A DNA stretch of 64,000 bases, taken from assembly GCF_009914755.1 (NCBI RefSeq), contig NC_060941.1; one strand, written 5' to 3'. The stretch's first letter is position 1, and every line of letters begins with the position of its first letter. Position numbers and translations under genes: made by a program. Shown piece after piece: positions 13,566 through 35,795 of the stretch. This DNA is from the human T2T-CHM13v2.0 reference genome, Homo sapiens. The notes under the pieces were generated by a model. The model was not told where the DNA came from. It did no database searches and saw only the letters and a list, made by a program, of their open reading frames with translations.

Positions 13566-16500
13566 GAGTGTTTTTCTTAGTGTTGAGTAAAACCTCCACT
13601 CTTTAATTTCCATTCACTTGTCCTAATTCTATTGTCTGGGTGTCATGTGGAATTAATCTGGTTTCTTTCTGGTGTCTTGATGGTCGAAGATGTCACTCAT
13701 GATCTCCCTGAACTTTCACCTTGTCTTGGCTAAGACCTCGCTGTTCTTCTGGCCTTTCCTCTTAGAAAGAAAGCTTCTTAGGCTTATCACCATCCTGGCT
13801 TTCCTTCCTCCCTTCAGTACCTTCAGTACCTTCCTTTGATCTCTGGCAAAGGCTGGCTCCCAAGTGGGCGCTGTCCCTAGAGAGAATCTGGCCTGCATTT
13901 GACACCAGTACTCAGCAGGCTGGCGTTTTCCTAGTTGTCTTGAAAGGTCAGTTTAAGCAGGCATTGGAACAGGAGAGGAACAGCCTCTGCTCCTGGGGCA
14001 TGTGGCTGGAGACTCCTTGCTGCCCAAAAGACATAGTCCCACTCCTTGTGCCTGGGAAGCCAGGCCAACCAGTCACCACTGCTGCTCTCGGCCACCCCTG
14101 CCCGCTGCTCACTGTCCGAGGGTGCAGAGCTGGGCCTATATTTTCCCATGAGGCCATAACTCTGCATCAGCCGCAGCAACCATGAGCTCTATCTGGTTTC
14201 AAGACAATTTCATCACCCCTAATGGAGACTCCACACCCCTTAAGCAATTACTCTCCATTCCTCCCATCCGCAACCATGAATCTGTGTTCTGTTTCTATGG
14301 ATTTGCCTATTCTGGACATTTCATACACTATGTGGCCTTTTGTGTCTGACTTCTTTCACTACGAGGTTCATCTACCTCAAAGCATCTGTTTCTACCCCAG
14401 GCCTAGTTAGTCATGCTGGTCCTGGCCAGCGGTTGGTCCCTTCCTCTATGTTCTAGCCAGGGTGAACTTAAAAATTGTCACTGGGTCTGGATGTTGGGGA
14501 TCAGCAAACGTGGGTCACTGCCAGGAGTACCAGGCCCCGAATCCATCTTTCCATTCTGGGTGAGGAAGATGGATGGGGAGGGATTTTCTGAGCTTGGATT
14601 CTTTCTTCAACCCTTGGCCACTCAGAGCTGGGGTATGGGTGAGGCCCTCTAAGAGAGTGGTGTGGGGTGAAGCCCTCCCTGGCCTCCAGCTGCCACCTCA
14701 GGATCTTTGCATCTCCTGTCCCCATTCTTTGCCCAGATGTTGGCATACCGCCTCCTAACCACCTTTACTCAGACAACACCTCCTCTGCTGCTCGGCCTTA
14801 AATTCCAACTCTTCATCTTGCTTTTTCTTGCTTTTTTTCTTAGCATTAATCACTAGCTGGAGTGTGTGTATGTGTGTGTGTGTGTGTGTACTGTTATTTA
14901 TCTTGTTTTCTGTCTTTCCATTCAACCAGAATGGAACTCCCATAATTGTGTCTTTGGTCTGCTACTATGCACCCAGTGTCTGGCACATAGTGAGTGCTTG
15001 ATGAGTATTTATTGAATGGATGCATGGATGTCTGACATTCATGCCCAGGGGACCTGCAGCCTTGATGCTGGTGCCATCCTAGCCTCGAGTGTGGAGGTAA
15101 GCCTGAATTTGGACATACGGCTACCTTCCTTAGCCCCAGCATCACTGGCTTCAATGCAGGTATGGCCAGAGCCTGCTCCAGCTAGGCCAGGGGTCTGGCC
15201 AGACAGGTCTGGGGAGGAAGGCAGGTGTCTGACTGTAGACTTGAATTTAACCCAGTCTTTGCCAAAGAAAATGTTGTGTGACTTGCACAAGTGAAACTTG
15301 AAGTTCTGTAAATCCAGTTGCTCCAGTTTTCTGTGTGGACAACTCAGGGGGAGCATTTTCCTGAGTGACATGTGCTGGTTGACCTGAGATCATTCTGGGT
15401 GTTTCATTCCTCTGATCAGAGAGAGCAGGGAATAGACTTAGGTTTGGGAGATTTTCCTGAATTCTGATATCTGACAAGTGTGATGAATAGTGTTCAACAA
15501 ACACGAAGGAGATCTTTAGTCCTGGAGTGGAAGAGTAGGAACCTGAGGCACTCCCGTTTAGGTTTGGGTGTGGATTATAGGAGGGAGAGTCCTAGTCCAG
15601 GAAAGCAGGCTGTGTTCCTCGTATATTATGAAGTTGTCGGCTGTGTGTGTCTATGGCTATGTGTGTTTCTGTGTGTGTCTCTGTGTATCTGTGTGTTTGT
15701 GTGTCCGTGTGTGTCTTTGTGTGCTTATCTTCGTGTCTCTGTGAGTTGAATAAATGGGGATCTGAGGGGCAGTTCTGGGTTCTTTGTCCATGGCAGTCGA
15801 GATGATCTCTGGTGTGCCTGGTGTTTTAGTGGCAATTTAGCTCTCTGAGATGTAAGCATAATTGCTTTCTGTCCTTCTGTTTTATTTCTCTAACAGTGGT
15901 TTTCAACCCTGGCTGCACATTAGTCCCATCTGGAGAGCTTTATAAAATACTCGTGTGTGGGTATCACAGCACACCAGTTAAATCAGAGTCTCCAGATGTG
16001 GGACCAGGGCACTGGTATGTTTCTGAAGCTTGACAGGTAACTCTAATTGCAACCAATGTAAGGTGTGTTCTGAAACCCTTTAGTGAGGATTAGGGGGAAC
16101 CACACTAAACTTGAGACCTGGAGGTTTTGGTACTGGCTCCATCATTAAGTTGCCTTTGACCTTGAACAGGCCACTTTGTCTTTCTGGTCCCTTAATTTTT
16201 TTTTCTTTGGTAGGATGCAGATAATTGCATTATCCACATGGATGTGCTTCCTGCATGGTTGTAAGGTCAAATGTGTGAAAGGGCTTTGTGCATTCTGAAA
16301 GGATACAAGAACGCAAGAAAATATTATTAGCATTATTTGTGTTAGCCCCTTGTAGAGACCCAAAAAATGGGGCCAGAGATGGGCGTACAATTACAGCAAG
16401 ATCGTAGTGAAAGAAAAACCGAGGAGCACATCCTGCTACTCTGATTTAGTTTTCCCAAGACCAGGCAAAGCCAAGAACGCCTATGCTTGTAATTCCAGAA

Positions 16501-16589
16501 GCTGACACTAGGGGGTGCCCGATTCATGGCATGGATGGCAAAGATCTCATTTGACGACAATTTCCTGTTCCCTTTGGTTAAAATAGTTT

Positions 16590-16740
16590 GGCAGGGCTCA
16601 GTGGCTCGCTCTTGTTTGTCCCCAGCTGTATGCAAGGAGGATCCTTGAGTCCTGGAGTTTGAAGCTGCAGTGAGCTATGATCATGCCACTGCATTCCAGC
16701 TTGGGCAGCAGAGTGAGACATGGTATTTAAAAAAATAAAA
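16590..16740 (+). mobile_element. FLAM/Alu monomer
   Basis: gcagtgagctatgatcatgccactgcattccagc followed by an A tail. Confidence 0.75.
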
Positions 16741-18107
16741 GTAAAATAATTTACTAAAATAACCATTTAGATATTAAGGTGAGAGTGTAAATGCCTTTCT
16801 CACACTATCTCTGTGCAGTCAGATGGTGGTTTTCATTCTGCCCAAGTTCCCTTCCTATGTTCCACCTCTCTTGATTCTTCTGGCCTTTGTAGTAAAAATC
16901 CTTCTTGGGCCTGAGGTTGGGCTTGCCCACTCAGATTTCAGAGAAACATCAAACAGCTTTGGTTGCTGGCAATGAACCAGGGAGGAGGCCTATCTGGCTC
17001 CTCTGCAGACTTAATTAGCTCTTGAGCTGCTCTTTCTGTCAATCTGGCCTTCTCTGCTCCTCCCTCCCTCTTGCTTTTAAGGAGAGAATCTCATTTTCTG
17101 CTCCCAGGGGCCCATTCTTTGCAAGCCACTTTAGCTTTCTTTCCTTTCTGTGATCAGGAAAGCCGGATGTAGATGTCAAGGAGGGTAATTGTAAAAGCTG
17201 ACTGACACTTTTTCTTTCTGCAATTAGGGAAGCGTGACTTTGACAACTAAGCCAAATCATTCATTCCCCTGCCTTTGAAACTCACCCCTGGGTACAAGTT
17301 ATTTTGCATAAAATTACTCAATATTTTCATAGAACCAACCCGGGGACTGCTACCCAGTTTTCTTCTGAGTCTAGGTCATTTGTTTGTTTGTTTGTTTTTT
17401 TCTTCTCTTTTTCTAAGTATTTGAAAACACATCTGAAATACACAGTTGCCAATGTTATGGGTCAGTTGCTATAAATACAAACTTTTTGGAACAATGCACA
17501 TGAAATGATGAACAATGAATGCCTCTGGGGACAAGACTGGATGTTTGAGCTGGTTCATGTTCTCGTATAAAATCTTCTAAAAGCAGGGAGCTTGGGGTAC
17601 CTTAGCTGACTCAATACCATCTTACCTTCACTCCTTCAGGCCTTAGAGAAAAGGATTAGAAGGAGGGGACTTCTTTCACCCTACGGTCACGCAAGCAGAC
17701 CAGGTCCCCAGCTATCCTTTCTTGTAGCTTTATGGGAATATGGAGAGTGGGTTTTCCAGGTGAGGTGCTCAGAAACCAAGGAAGGAAGACCCTGGGCAAA
17801 TTGCTAAATGCCAGATGCTGTCAAAGCAAAGTCCTCATGGACCCCAGTGGGAGGAAGAGCTTGTGTGGTGACCCAGTGTAGACAGGACCCCATGTAGTTT
17901 CTGGACTCTGGAACAAGATCCTTGACTGCCATCTTTTGTCAGGTCCTCTTCACCCTTTCCCTCTACCCTCACTTCTTCCCAGCTGCATACCCTTCCCCTT
18001 CTTGAGCAAATTCTATGGAATCTTGACCCAGCTCCCTGTCAATCCATTCTCATAACACCTGCCTTTCTCTCTTTCCTTCTTTCTGGAGTCTCCTTTTCCA
18101 TTTCTGA

Positions 18108-18655
<548 letters not shown>

Positions 18656-18793
18656 TTTGTTCTTTCATTGTAGACCATCATGGCCCCTTAGACCTGACCT
18701 GAAATCACCAAAGACCAGATCTTCCTTTTTTAAGGCAGGCAGGTCTTAATCTCACAACCTTTTAAGTTTCATATTGCAATGGTCTGGCCACTA

Positions 18794-19147
<354 letters not shown>

Positions 19148-19419
19148 CCCAAGTTTTAAATCAAGGTGTATTTGCTTTTCTTTTCATTCCAGCCATAGTG
19201 AGCAGCTTTCTGGAGCAGGTGTGGCCCACCCCATTTCTAGGACTTTGCACTTGCAATCCCTGCTGCTGGGAACACCCTTCCCTTCACTGTCCCTTCATTT
19301 TCCCCACTCCTTTCTTTTTATAGGGTTCCTTTTGGTCATCTCTTCATCCTGTAAATGCATAATTCTCAAAGTATTTTGTTAGCACACGCCAGACTTTTAT
19401 TCAACTCATGAGTGAGGTG

Positions 19420-19868
19420 TGGTGAGCTGTTACAGTAATGGTCCTCAGTTTATCCACACCTCCCTGTGTCTGCAACTTCCCACCCTGCTTGCCCATATGA
19501 CTTGCCTTGACCCATGGGACATGACAAATAAAATATGGGCCGACACTCAAAAAGTACTTGCATGTTGTTGCTTACTCTTGCTCTTGTTCTTGGAACCCAG
19601 CAAGTAGCAGATAAAAACCACAGGCCTGCCTGCCAGATGATGAGAGACACAGGGACTCGTTGTCCCTTATACAGGTGAGGGCATTTTAGACCACGGAGTT
19701 TCCAAGTGTCCTGCCAGTTAATTATAGATGTGTAAGCAGACCAGCAGACATTAACTACCCCAACCAGAAGAACTTCCCAGCACACAAAATCATCAGTAAA
19801 GAAAGGCTTCTTGTTTTAAGCCACTCAGTTTTGGAATACTTTGTTACACAGCTGAGGCTGACTGATAC
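19420..19868 (+). mobile_element. MLT1-type MaLR solo LTR
   Basis: tgttttaagccactcagttttggaatactttgttacacagc...ctgactgatac 3' end. Confidence 0.65.
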
Positions 19869-20440
19869 GTGAGAGAATCAGCAGGAAAAAAAAAAAAAAA
19901 CAAGTTCATTGAAGATATGAGGAACTGGGATTTATACAGCAAAAGGAAAAAGAATGCTGAAATAAGACTGCAAAATTCAGTGTAAAACTGGTTAATACCT
20001 AACCAGGCAATAAAAAGTAACCTTTGGAGTTATCTCAAAGACTCATAGATGGTGGCATTTAGGAAATTAAAGAAAACTTTTATCTTTAACGAGCATCAAG
20101 GAGTCAGCCTTTTCAGAAGGGCTGGCTTGCCAAATACAAAACACAACGAGCATTTGAAGAAAAAAAAACCTGCAAAATGACCAACTCATAAAGTTTACAT
20201 TAACCTTTTCATGGTGAAAAACATATTTCTCATATCATCCTCATAATCCCAAAGGTCACAGCAAATCTTCAGATATCAGCATAGCAAAATTCAAGGAAAA
20301 GATGATTTTGTTAAAAAAGAGTCTAGGTTTGTGGGAAATAGCCAAGGTTTTGTGATGCAGGTGACCTGAGCCAGGCAGGGAGATCTTGTTATTTTTGCTT
20401 AGTTTTTTTTCTAGCTGTAGTAGATAAAGAATGCAATGAT

Positions 20441-20523
20441 AGCAGTGAGCCGAGATCATGCCACTGCACTCCAGCCTGAATGACACAGTAAGACTCTGTC
20501 TCAAAAAAAAAAAAAAAAAAAAA
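20441..20523 (+). mobile_element. Severely 5'-truncated Alu (3' ~60 nt plus poly-A)
   Basis: gcagtgagccgagatcatgccactgcactccagcctg followed by an A tail; flanking aagaatgc(a/c)atgata duplication. Confidence 0.85.
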
Positions 20524-20739
20524 GAGGAAGAATGCCATGATACCGGAATTAGAAAGTCTCAGTGTCAGTTTTTATCTTTACACTTCTTTCTTGGACAGAA
20601 AAAAAAAAGGGCTTTATCAATTTTATACAAGTTAACTTTTTATTTTATGTCTAGGCCCTTGCCAAGAATGTATCAAATAAAGGTACATTGCATAAAAGAG
20701 AGTCAGATGACCCCCAGGTGGGATTTTTAGAAAATGCTC

Positions 20740-21061
<322 letters not shown>

Positions 21062-21489
21062 GAGAGAATGCTCTAGCATGGATGGTTGGTCACACAATCT
21101 TTTTTTTTTTCTTATATCTAAGTCGTGTCATTTCCCTAAACAAATCTTTCCCTGACTGCAAGCTCAAGGTAAGTGCCGCTCCTTCTGGCTGCCATAGTGC
21201 CTGAGCCTATTTGTCACAGTCTCCTTTAATCCTGTGGATGCCTGTTTGTTTGTGAAGTCTCCTCCTTTAGACTACGCCCTCCTTGAGGTTGGCGACGTAT
21301 GTTATACACCTTTGGATCCCCAAAGTTTAGCGCAGTGCCTTGTACAAGCATTTGGAGAATGATTCTATCAATTTATTTTTTCCTCATGCAACCAAGGACA
21401 GTATTTCCCCTACTTGGCAGCACCAGAATTTCCAGGGGTGTATTGTTAATCAGCTTCCCAGGTGATTTCATTACAGTGATGTGCAGGAG

Positions 21490-21965
<476 letters not shown>

Positions 21966-22304
21966 AGTCTGCTCATCTCTGGTCCAAAGACTAATGTCAG
22001 AGAATTGTTGACTGAGGGTGAGGTCGGCAAACTATGCCTGCTTTTGTACTGCCCATGAGATAACAATAGATTTTAACATTTTTAAAAAGATTGTGAAAGA
22101 GGAAGAAGGAGAAGGAGAAAAGGAGAACAAGGCGAAGAAAGATGGGGAGGAGGAGGAGAAGAGGAGAATGAGGGAGAGGACAAGGAAAAAAAAGAAGTAG
22201 TGATAGAGACTGTATGTGGCCTGCAAGGCTTAAAATGTTTAATATGCAGCTTTTTATGGAAAAGTTTTGCTGACCCCTGACCTAGGGAAGCTCCTTAAAT
22301 CTGA

Positions 22305-22620
<316 letters not shown>

Positions 22621-23149
22621 TCAGTTTGGCTGTTAGAAGGACTCATTTGGATGCACGCATTCCACATTAAGGTGGATTTCTAAATCCTGCTCTCCCTATG
22701 CTGTCTGAAGAGGATGCTGGCTTAGCCCACTGTCCCCCAACACCCACTGTAGGTCCTGCTTCCCCAGAAGGATTCTTTTGAACTTGTGCAGACTGAAGAT
22801 ACAGGAGAGAAGGGGAGGCTGGGGACAGTAGCCTGCTCCAGATCTCCATATGGAAAGTGTGGGAGGCTGGAAAAGTTGACAGTGAGGAACTTGAAACTGC
22901 ATTTGACATTGGGCATGCCTATTGTCAATATTGAAGAATGAATGAAGGGATGAGATTGTGGGAGGCTCCTAGTCCCCTAATTCCCCTTAGCACCAGATAG
23001 AGGGATTTGAAAATGAAGTGTGAGACAGGTTTACAAGCAGACGGTGTAAATAGATGGGAGACAAAGCATATTTCAAAGACGTTTTGCTGTGGCCCACATG
23101 TAGAGACCCTTTTGCAGAGTTCAGGGAATACAAAATCTAAACAACTTGA

Positions 23150-27950
<4,801 letters not shown>

Positions 27951-28586
27951 GACTCTTTAGGGTCTAATCGTAATTCAGAAGTTCTGGAGTTGCTCTATAT
28001 AAGAATCGCTTGATGAGGCTTATTAAAATGCAGATGCTCCCACACAGCAATATGGTGTCTGGAGAGGGAGAAAATAATCTGCATTTCAGTGAGGTACTCT
28101 GGCCACAATTTCAGAAGTGCTGACTTCAGACATCCTTCCATCTTTGGCCTACAACTGTAGTCTTCTTTATAGATTTCAAAGTGCTCTGGAGTCAGATTGA
28201 TTGTTTCCAGTTCCATCTCTACTTGTCACTACTGTAATATCTTATCTATCATAAAAAGATAACCCAGAGAAGTTAAGAAATTTGTCTGAGATTACAATTG
28301 GTGACAAGTAAGGTTACGATAAAGAATAAATTATTTTGGCACATGGTAAGCCCTCAGTAGATGTTAGTTATTATTGTATGTATTGTATCTCTTGATAGTT
28401 ATAAGAGCCCATTTTACAGATGAAATTGGAGCCTTGGAGGAAGGTATAGTGACAAGGTCATTTGGCCAGCAAGTTGCGGAGCTGAAACAGAAACCCGGGT
28501 CTGACTTCTAGTACGAAACATTCTCTTTCCTCAGTTGATGGTTATATCAAGGTGGAGGGTTACCAGCAAGGGGAGAGGAACCACAG

Positions 28587-28588
<2 letters not shown>

Positions 28589-28632
<44 letters not shown>
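28589..28632. repeat. (GT)n microsatellite, ~22 units
   Basis: Pure GT run. Confidence 0.97.
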
Positions 28633-28636
<4 letters not shown>

Positions 28637-29531
28637 ATTAATGAGGGGAAACTGCATTACACTTTGCAAGAGGGACAAGTCAGCTATTGTCATTTAACTT
28701 TGTGGAGATTTCCTCCAAACTTCGGGGTTTTATGTTATGCTAAGTCCTCACTACACTCCAAATTAAATCCCCTGTTGCTGGAGTTCCACTGATGTCTCTT
28801 GCATGTCTCTTACTCTGCCTTCAATATTTAGGAAATTGGAAGTATGTGTATGTATGGAGGGAGGGTAGGACTCTGGATTTGTGATCTGGTTCCTTTGCCA
28901 CGTCCGTCAGTTTGGCCCCCAGTCCCATCTGCTCTAGTATGGCACATTCAGAAGCTCTTCAAGTGTAAAGCTATTTATAATACAGAGTAGGATCTATTTA
29001 TAGATAAGGTAAGTTACAGTCACACAACCCTGAGCCACTCAACTTGCCTGTTTGGTTCAGGTTTGAAGCAATTAACTGCCCGTTTCAAACAATCCACCTC
29101 TTTAATTACCCTTTCATGCTTTTACCCTTTAATTCCATGTCTAGATCTTCTCTGAGTTGAGTTCTCTTTTTAAGCCTCTTTGGCTTATGGGGAAAATGGT
29201 ATTTTTTTTTTAACTTTAATACAGGGTCTACCAAGCCCATTTCAAAAGTTATGCTTATAAAGCACAAAGACTTTCCCCATGTAAGGTAGACCAAGAAGAA
29301 TTTGGAATGAAGGACAGTACAAATACTAGCCTTATGCCTGGAATGTAGGACTACATTGATTAATAAGTTTCAAACTAATCAGGGCTCTTCCCAGTTTGAA
29401 TCACTTGTGCTACAGTGGGAGGAGTGATTTGTAGGTGTTCCCTCGCTATGGCAGCTGGTCTAAGTTCACCTACATAATTGACACCTGAGAATTGGCTTTT
29501 TTGAACTCTAAGAAATAGCGAAGATAAATGA

Positions 29532-29866
<335 letters not shown>

Positions 29867-30538
29867 TCTGGAGCCAATTTCAGCGGCCTGGTGGTGGCTT
29901 CTGCAGTCATGGATGGAGACCATGCCGGTGCCCAGAAGTACAGTTATAAGATCCTATGTTGATGATTTACATTGGCATTGGAGTGTGTGGAGGTGGCTCT
30001 GGTTCATGGGCCAGGTGTTTGCCCTCCTTGTTACAGAGTTGGCTTCCCTGAGCTCCCCACACTCCACCATGTGTGTTTGCTGAAGTGCGGTAAACAGGGC
30101 AAGAGCAGGGAGAAGGTTAGAATGAGCAAAGCTTCACCTGAGCCTTCCCAGCGGGGGAATCAAGAGCCACAACCCACGTTGTTCCACACTTATACGTTTC
30201 CAAAGCCTTGTATGGCTGTTACTACCCAGCAGACATCTCACAGCCATCCTCTGGAGTCTATAGTTCTGGCATCAATGTTCCCATTCCATAGAAGAGGTAC
30301 ACAGAGGCTGCCCAGGCACACACCCTCATTCCCCTGTTATGCTGACCAGGTGCTTTGGCTTAGTGGTAGAGGGGGTCCTTGTTTCACCACCAGACTTTTG
30401 CTTTCACTCAGAGAGAGAGAACGGAATGGCAGAAAGAGCAGTAGGTCAGGAGTCAGAAAGTGTGTGTTCCAGTCCAGCCCTGTGGCCTCGGGTGAGTCAT
30501 TTTACACCCCAGAGTCATTGTACATCTCAGCTTTCTCA

Positions 30539-30964
<426 letters not shown>

Positions 30965-32485
30965 CTATGACAGAGAATTGCTGCCAGCCATGAGAATTCC
31001 TTCTCAGCTGTGCTGTGTGGCTGTCTAGGGGTCCACATCGCTGTGCCGGAGGAAAGTTAAACCCGCAGGTAGAACGAAGACATTATACTTGAAGATCTGA
31101 GGACATTTAAAACACAGTGAACAAGCACAAGTGTATGATGAGGTAAAAGGTAACATTCATACACACTTTAATGATAAAAAGAGGCTTTCAAGATATTCTT
31201 TGTTCGAGGCTGGCCTCTCCCAGCTCCATCCCCAGGTCTTGATTCTTCTCTCCTCTGTCATTAAGATGTGTTGGTTAACAACTGTCCCAAGCAAGGAGAG
31301 GGCAGGTCCCTCCAGCCAGAAGCAGGGGCAAAGCCTTTGTCATGAGAGGGGGAGAGGGATCCTGAGCATATGATCTCCATCGCTCCATCTGCCTCCCAGC
31401 TCCATTCTGCCATGAATTCCTGTGTGAGCAGGGCCCTGCGGGTGGACACGGGAAATATAATTTTCTAGCACCTTGCATCATACTGTGGCCCAAGCAGCAT
31501 GGCTCTGAGATTGCTGTGACAGAGGGGACCGCTGGGGCACCAGGCCTTGCCTCCCTACTCTGCCACACTGCCATGCAGTCTGGCATTTTCTGGTGGATTT
31601 AATGGTGAAAAATGAAGCCCTATTTTGCAGGAGGTGGAGGTGGGGTCTAGTAGGAGCTGCCAGGTTGGGAAAGGCTGAGCAGTTGGGGACAGGCAAAGCA
31701 GCAGCCAGCCACAGACCCCACTGAGTTAGTACTGGGGGTGTTTGTGAGCCCACATGAGAAGCCACTTGGGGATTCCCAGAAAAGGGAAGGGGTGGGGTTT
31801 GTGAAAGGGGACAAAGTCCTGAGTAGCTGAGGGTTGGGGGACAGTGACAAGCGCCAACAGGCATTTAGTTGATTGGGTCTTTTGCTACCTTTGTTCACAC
31901 AGGCCTTTGAGATCTGGATCTCTGGTTTCAGTTGTTCCTCCCAGATCCCCAGGGGTTTATGGAAATTGTAATGGATTGTTTTAAATGTTTCAAAAACTCT
32001 AATGGAAATCATAATACATTTGTTTTATGCTTTTTGTATACCCAGTTATGGGGTTATGGATATGTTTGATTAATAAATCATGGGGAAATGAATTAATTAT
32101 TCCTTAATGATTACAGTCTCTTTGGCAGACAACCTATGTCAAGACAAGGGAGAGAGGAGATAAAACTATAAAGGAGGGTTTTGATATTGACTAGATTTGG
32201 AAATGACACAGCACCAGAGGCAGCCCAGTCTAGAGCTGCCCTAGGCTGGCGGGACCAATGGCACAGCGAGAGCCATGGAGGGAAAGGCAGATATCACAGC
32301 CATTTGTCCCCAGGTGTAACTCAGGAAGTTTTTAGGCCAGCAGCAAGAGGTGTTATTTGAGAGCCACATTAGAAGAATCCCCATCTCTCTCCTGAGCCAC
32401 TATGACCAGCAGAAATTTGAAAACGAGAAAACCCAGCCTCAAGGGGAGTAGGATGCTTGCTTAAAGAAATACAATTGTTTTGCCC

Positions 32486-32975
<490 letters not shown>

Positions 32976-33489
32976 AACCTTTTCCCATTTCTCACTTTCT
33001 CTCTTCCATGGCTTTGCCACTGCTGTTCTCCATCCCAGCCTTCTTTTAATCCTCCTTCCATCAACGTCATTCCCTCAATACCTTTCACCCTTCCCCCACC
33101 CCACCGAGACCCCTCTCCTTCCTTTTCCCTCCTTTTTTGTACACCAGGCCCAGCAAGCTCCCCCATCCCACATGACTTTTTCCCCAAACAAAGGGAAACT
33201 CGATTTCCTTGAAAATTGAAATGTGAAAGAGATGGGAGGAAAAATGAGTGCACCCCCCTAGTTGGTGAGGACACCTGTTGCAGGTGACTTAAGACGGTAT
33301 CAGCTGGACAGGACTTGAGGTTCTTCACAGCTGACAGAGCTGCTTGGGGCTGGTGCAGTCTGGGAGGACTCCAAATGACATGGTTTGTTTTCCTGTGCCC
33401 AGAGAGAAGATGGACAAGAGGGGTTCACCCAGAGGGCAGCCCTCAGGCAGGCACAAGTTCAGCATCAAAAACCCTTTAAGGTGAAGTTA

Positions 33490-33792
33490 TAAGACTTGAG
33501 CGGGCATCAGAATCCCCTGGAGGGCTTGTTGAATACCCATTGCTGACCCCTACCCCCGTTGCTGCTCCGTTAGCAGGTCTAGGATACAGTTAGTATGACC
33601 AGCCAGCCTGGTTTGCCCAGGACTGATCAGGGTTCTCAAGATGTGGAATTTTCAATACTGAAACCAAGAAAGTCCTGGGGAAACTGGGATGAGTTTGTTA
33701 CTCGACGGAGTGCTGAAGTCTTTGCATTTCTAACAAGCTCCTAGGGGAGGCTGAGGCTGCTGGTCCAGGGACTGCACTTTGAGAATCACTGC
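33490..33792. mobile_element. MER5A-like relic with a nested MER81-like element (~33590-33702)
   Basis: gcatcagaatcccctggagggcttgtt...[tgaccagccagcctggtttgcccaggactg...]...gcactttgagaatcactg. Confidence 0.65.
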
Positions 33793-35518
33793 TCTATTGT
33801 TCCCAGGGAGCTACAGAGGTCTGGTGTTGGGTGTTGTAGCCCTGGACTCTTCTTCAGAGTGAGAGGTCCTGGGCAGGGGTCAGAGTTCAGATTCTGAATA
33901 GCTGCAGCCAGGGAGGTAGATGTGAACTTGGGAAGGGAGGGTCACAGAGCCCCAGATTGATGCGGAGTGGAAGGGATTAGTCAGAAAGATGGGGTCAAGG
34001 GGTGAGAGGACATCCAAGCTGAGTCTGTGTGTGTTGGGTATATGCCCAACACAGAAAAAAGCTTTGATGGAGGGCCTCTGTCCTTTTCACTGTGGGATAA
34101 GCCTGTGGCTTTGGCTGGAAGTGAACTGGGTGAAATAGGTAAGAGCTGTTCTCGAGGGCTGGGGCTGGTGCAGGCACAGCTAGTTTGAAGAAAGAAAAAC
34201 AAGAAAGGAAAGAAAAGAAATAGATAATAGTAAACTGGGTGCCGAAACTTGGAAAGCAGAGGCAGGCCAAATTCGGCATTTAAGGTGTTAACTTATAAAA
34301 TAGTGTGTAGAAATGGCATGCAAATTATTTGCATGCTGACTTGGGGGGGTTTGGGTACACACAGACCAGTGCAGTATGGGGTATGGCAGAGATGTCTGAT
34401 GGCAGGGTGGCTCCAGTGGGAATCTGTACCTTACTTCTCCCTTCCTTTTCTAAAAGTTACCAGTGTCAAATGCTAAGGAACCTTCCAAGTTCCGGTTGAG
34501 GCAGTCTTTGGGACCCAGGCTGGAATGAGGCCCAAGGTGACCATCTGTTGAATAAAGGAACACACGTAAGCCTGCAACCATGTGGCTACTGTAAAGTCAC
34601 AGGCACTTGCTTCTGGCCATTCCCTTTGTTTAGTCCTTGGATCTGTGCATAGCACTGGCTCACACAGCAAAGCTGTGGTATTCCCAGAATCATATTCAGC
34701 TTCTGGTATTCTGAGCCTTTCTTCCCAATACCCCTGACAAGAAATGGCTTTTTTGTTATCCTTGTTTTCCTGGCTAGCGCCTATTCCCCTTGTGTGCCTG
34801 CCCTGCCAAGAAACTTCTGGGAGTCTTGGAAGAACTGATTCAGCTCTTAAACAAGTTCAGTCAGCTATTAGTTGGCATCTATTGTTTTATTTTTCTGCCA
34901 GATTATTACTCTGTCTACCAGGAACAAACACAAGTGTATGCTGGATGCCTTCAAGTGCTGAGATGTATATCCCAGTATCATAGAGAGTATGTTTCCCCCG
35001 CAATTCTATTCCTTTTTGCAACCCTTTTTCTCTGAGAACAAACACAGATGGAAGGTAAAGGAAGCTGAACATATCCGTGTGAAGTTTCTGCTACTAGGCC
35101 AAGCCTGTTTGCCTGACTCCCTGTACCCTTAGGGTTTGTTTTTACCCAGGAGGCTCTTCGATCCTTTATGCAAATACATTTCTGAGCCTGCCTCAACGGT
35201 GGCGGTCAGCTTGTGATCCAGCCAGGATAAGCTCCCCTTCCTCAATTGTACTGTAATTTCACTGAGAGATGAGTTCAATCTGAGGGGCTTCGAGGCTACT
35301 GATTGGGGGGTGGGCTGACCTTCCACCTAGTATGACCGCCTTCCCCTGGTTTTGTGGGTCCTGTTGGTCATCTCTGCAATAAGCCATGGGGATGAGGTTG
35401 TGAGAAATGTGGACTTGATCATTATGGCAAACCTTACCTTAAATAGCTTTGAAAACAACAGGTTTATAGCCCTAGAATCAGGAGGTGATGGCCTAAGATT
35501 TACAGCTCTACATTTTGA

Positions 35519-35795
<277 letters not shown>

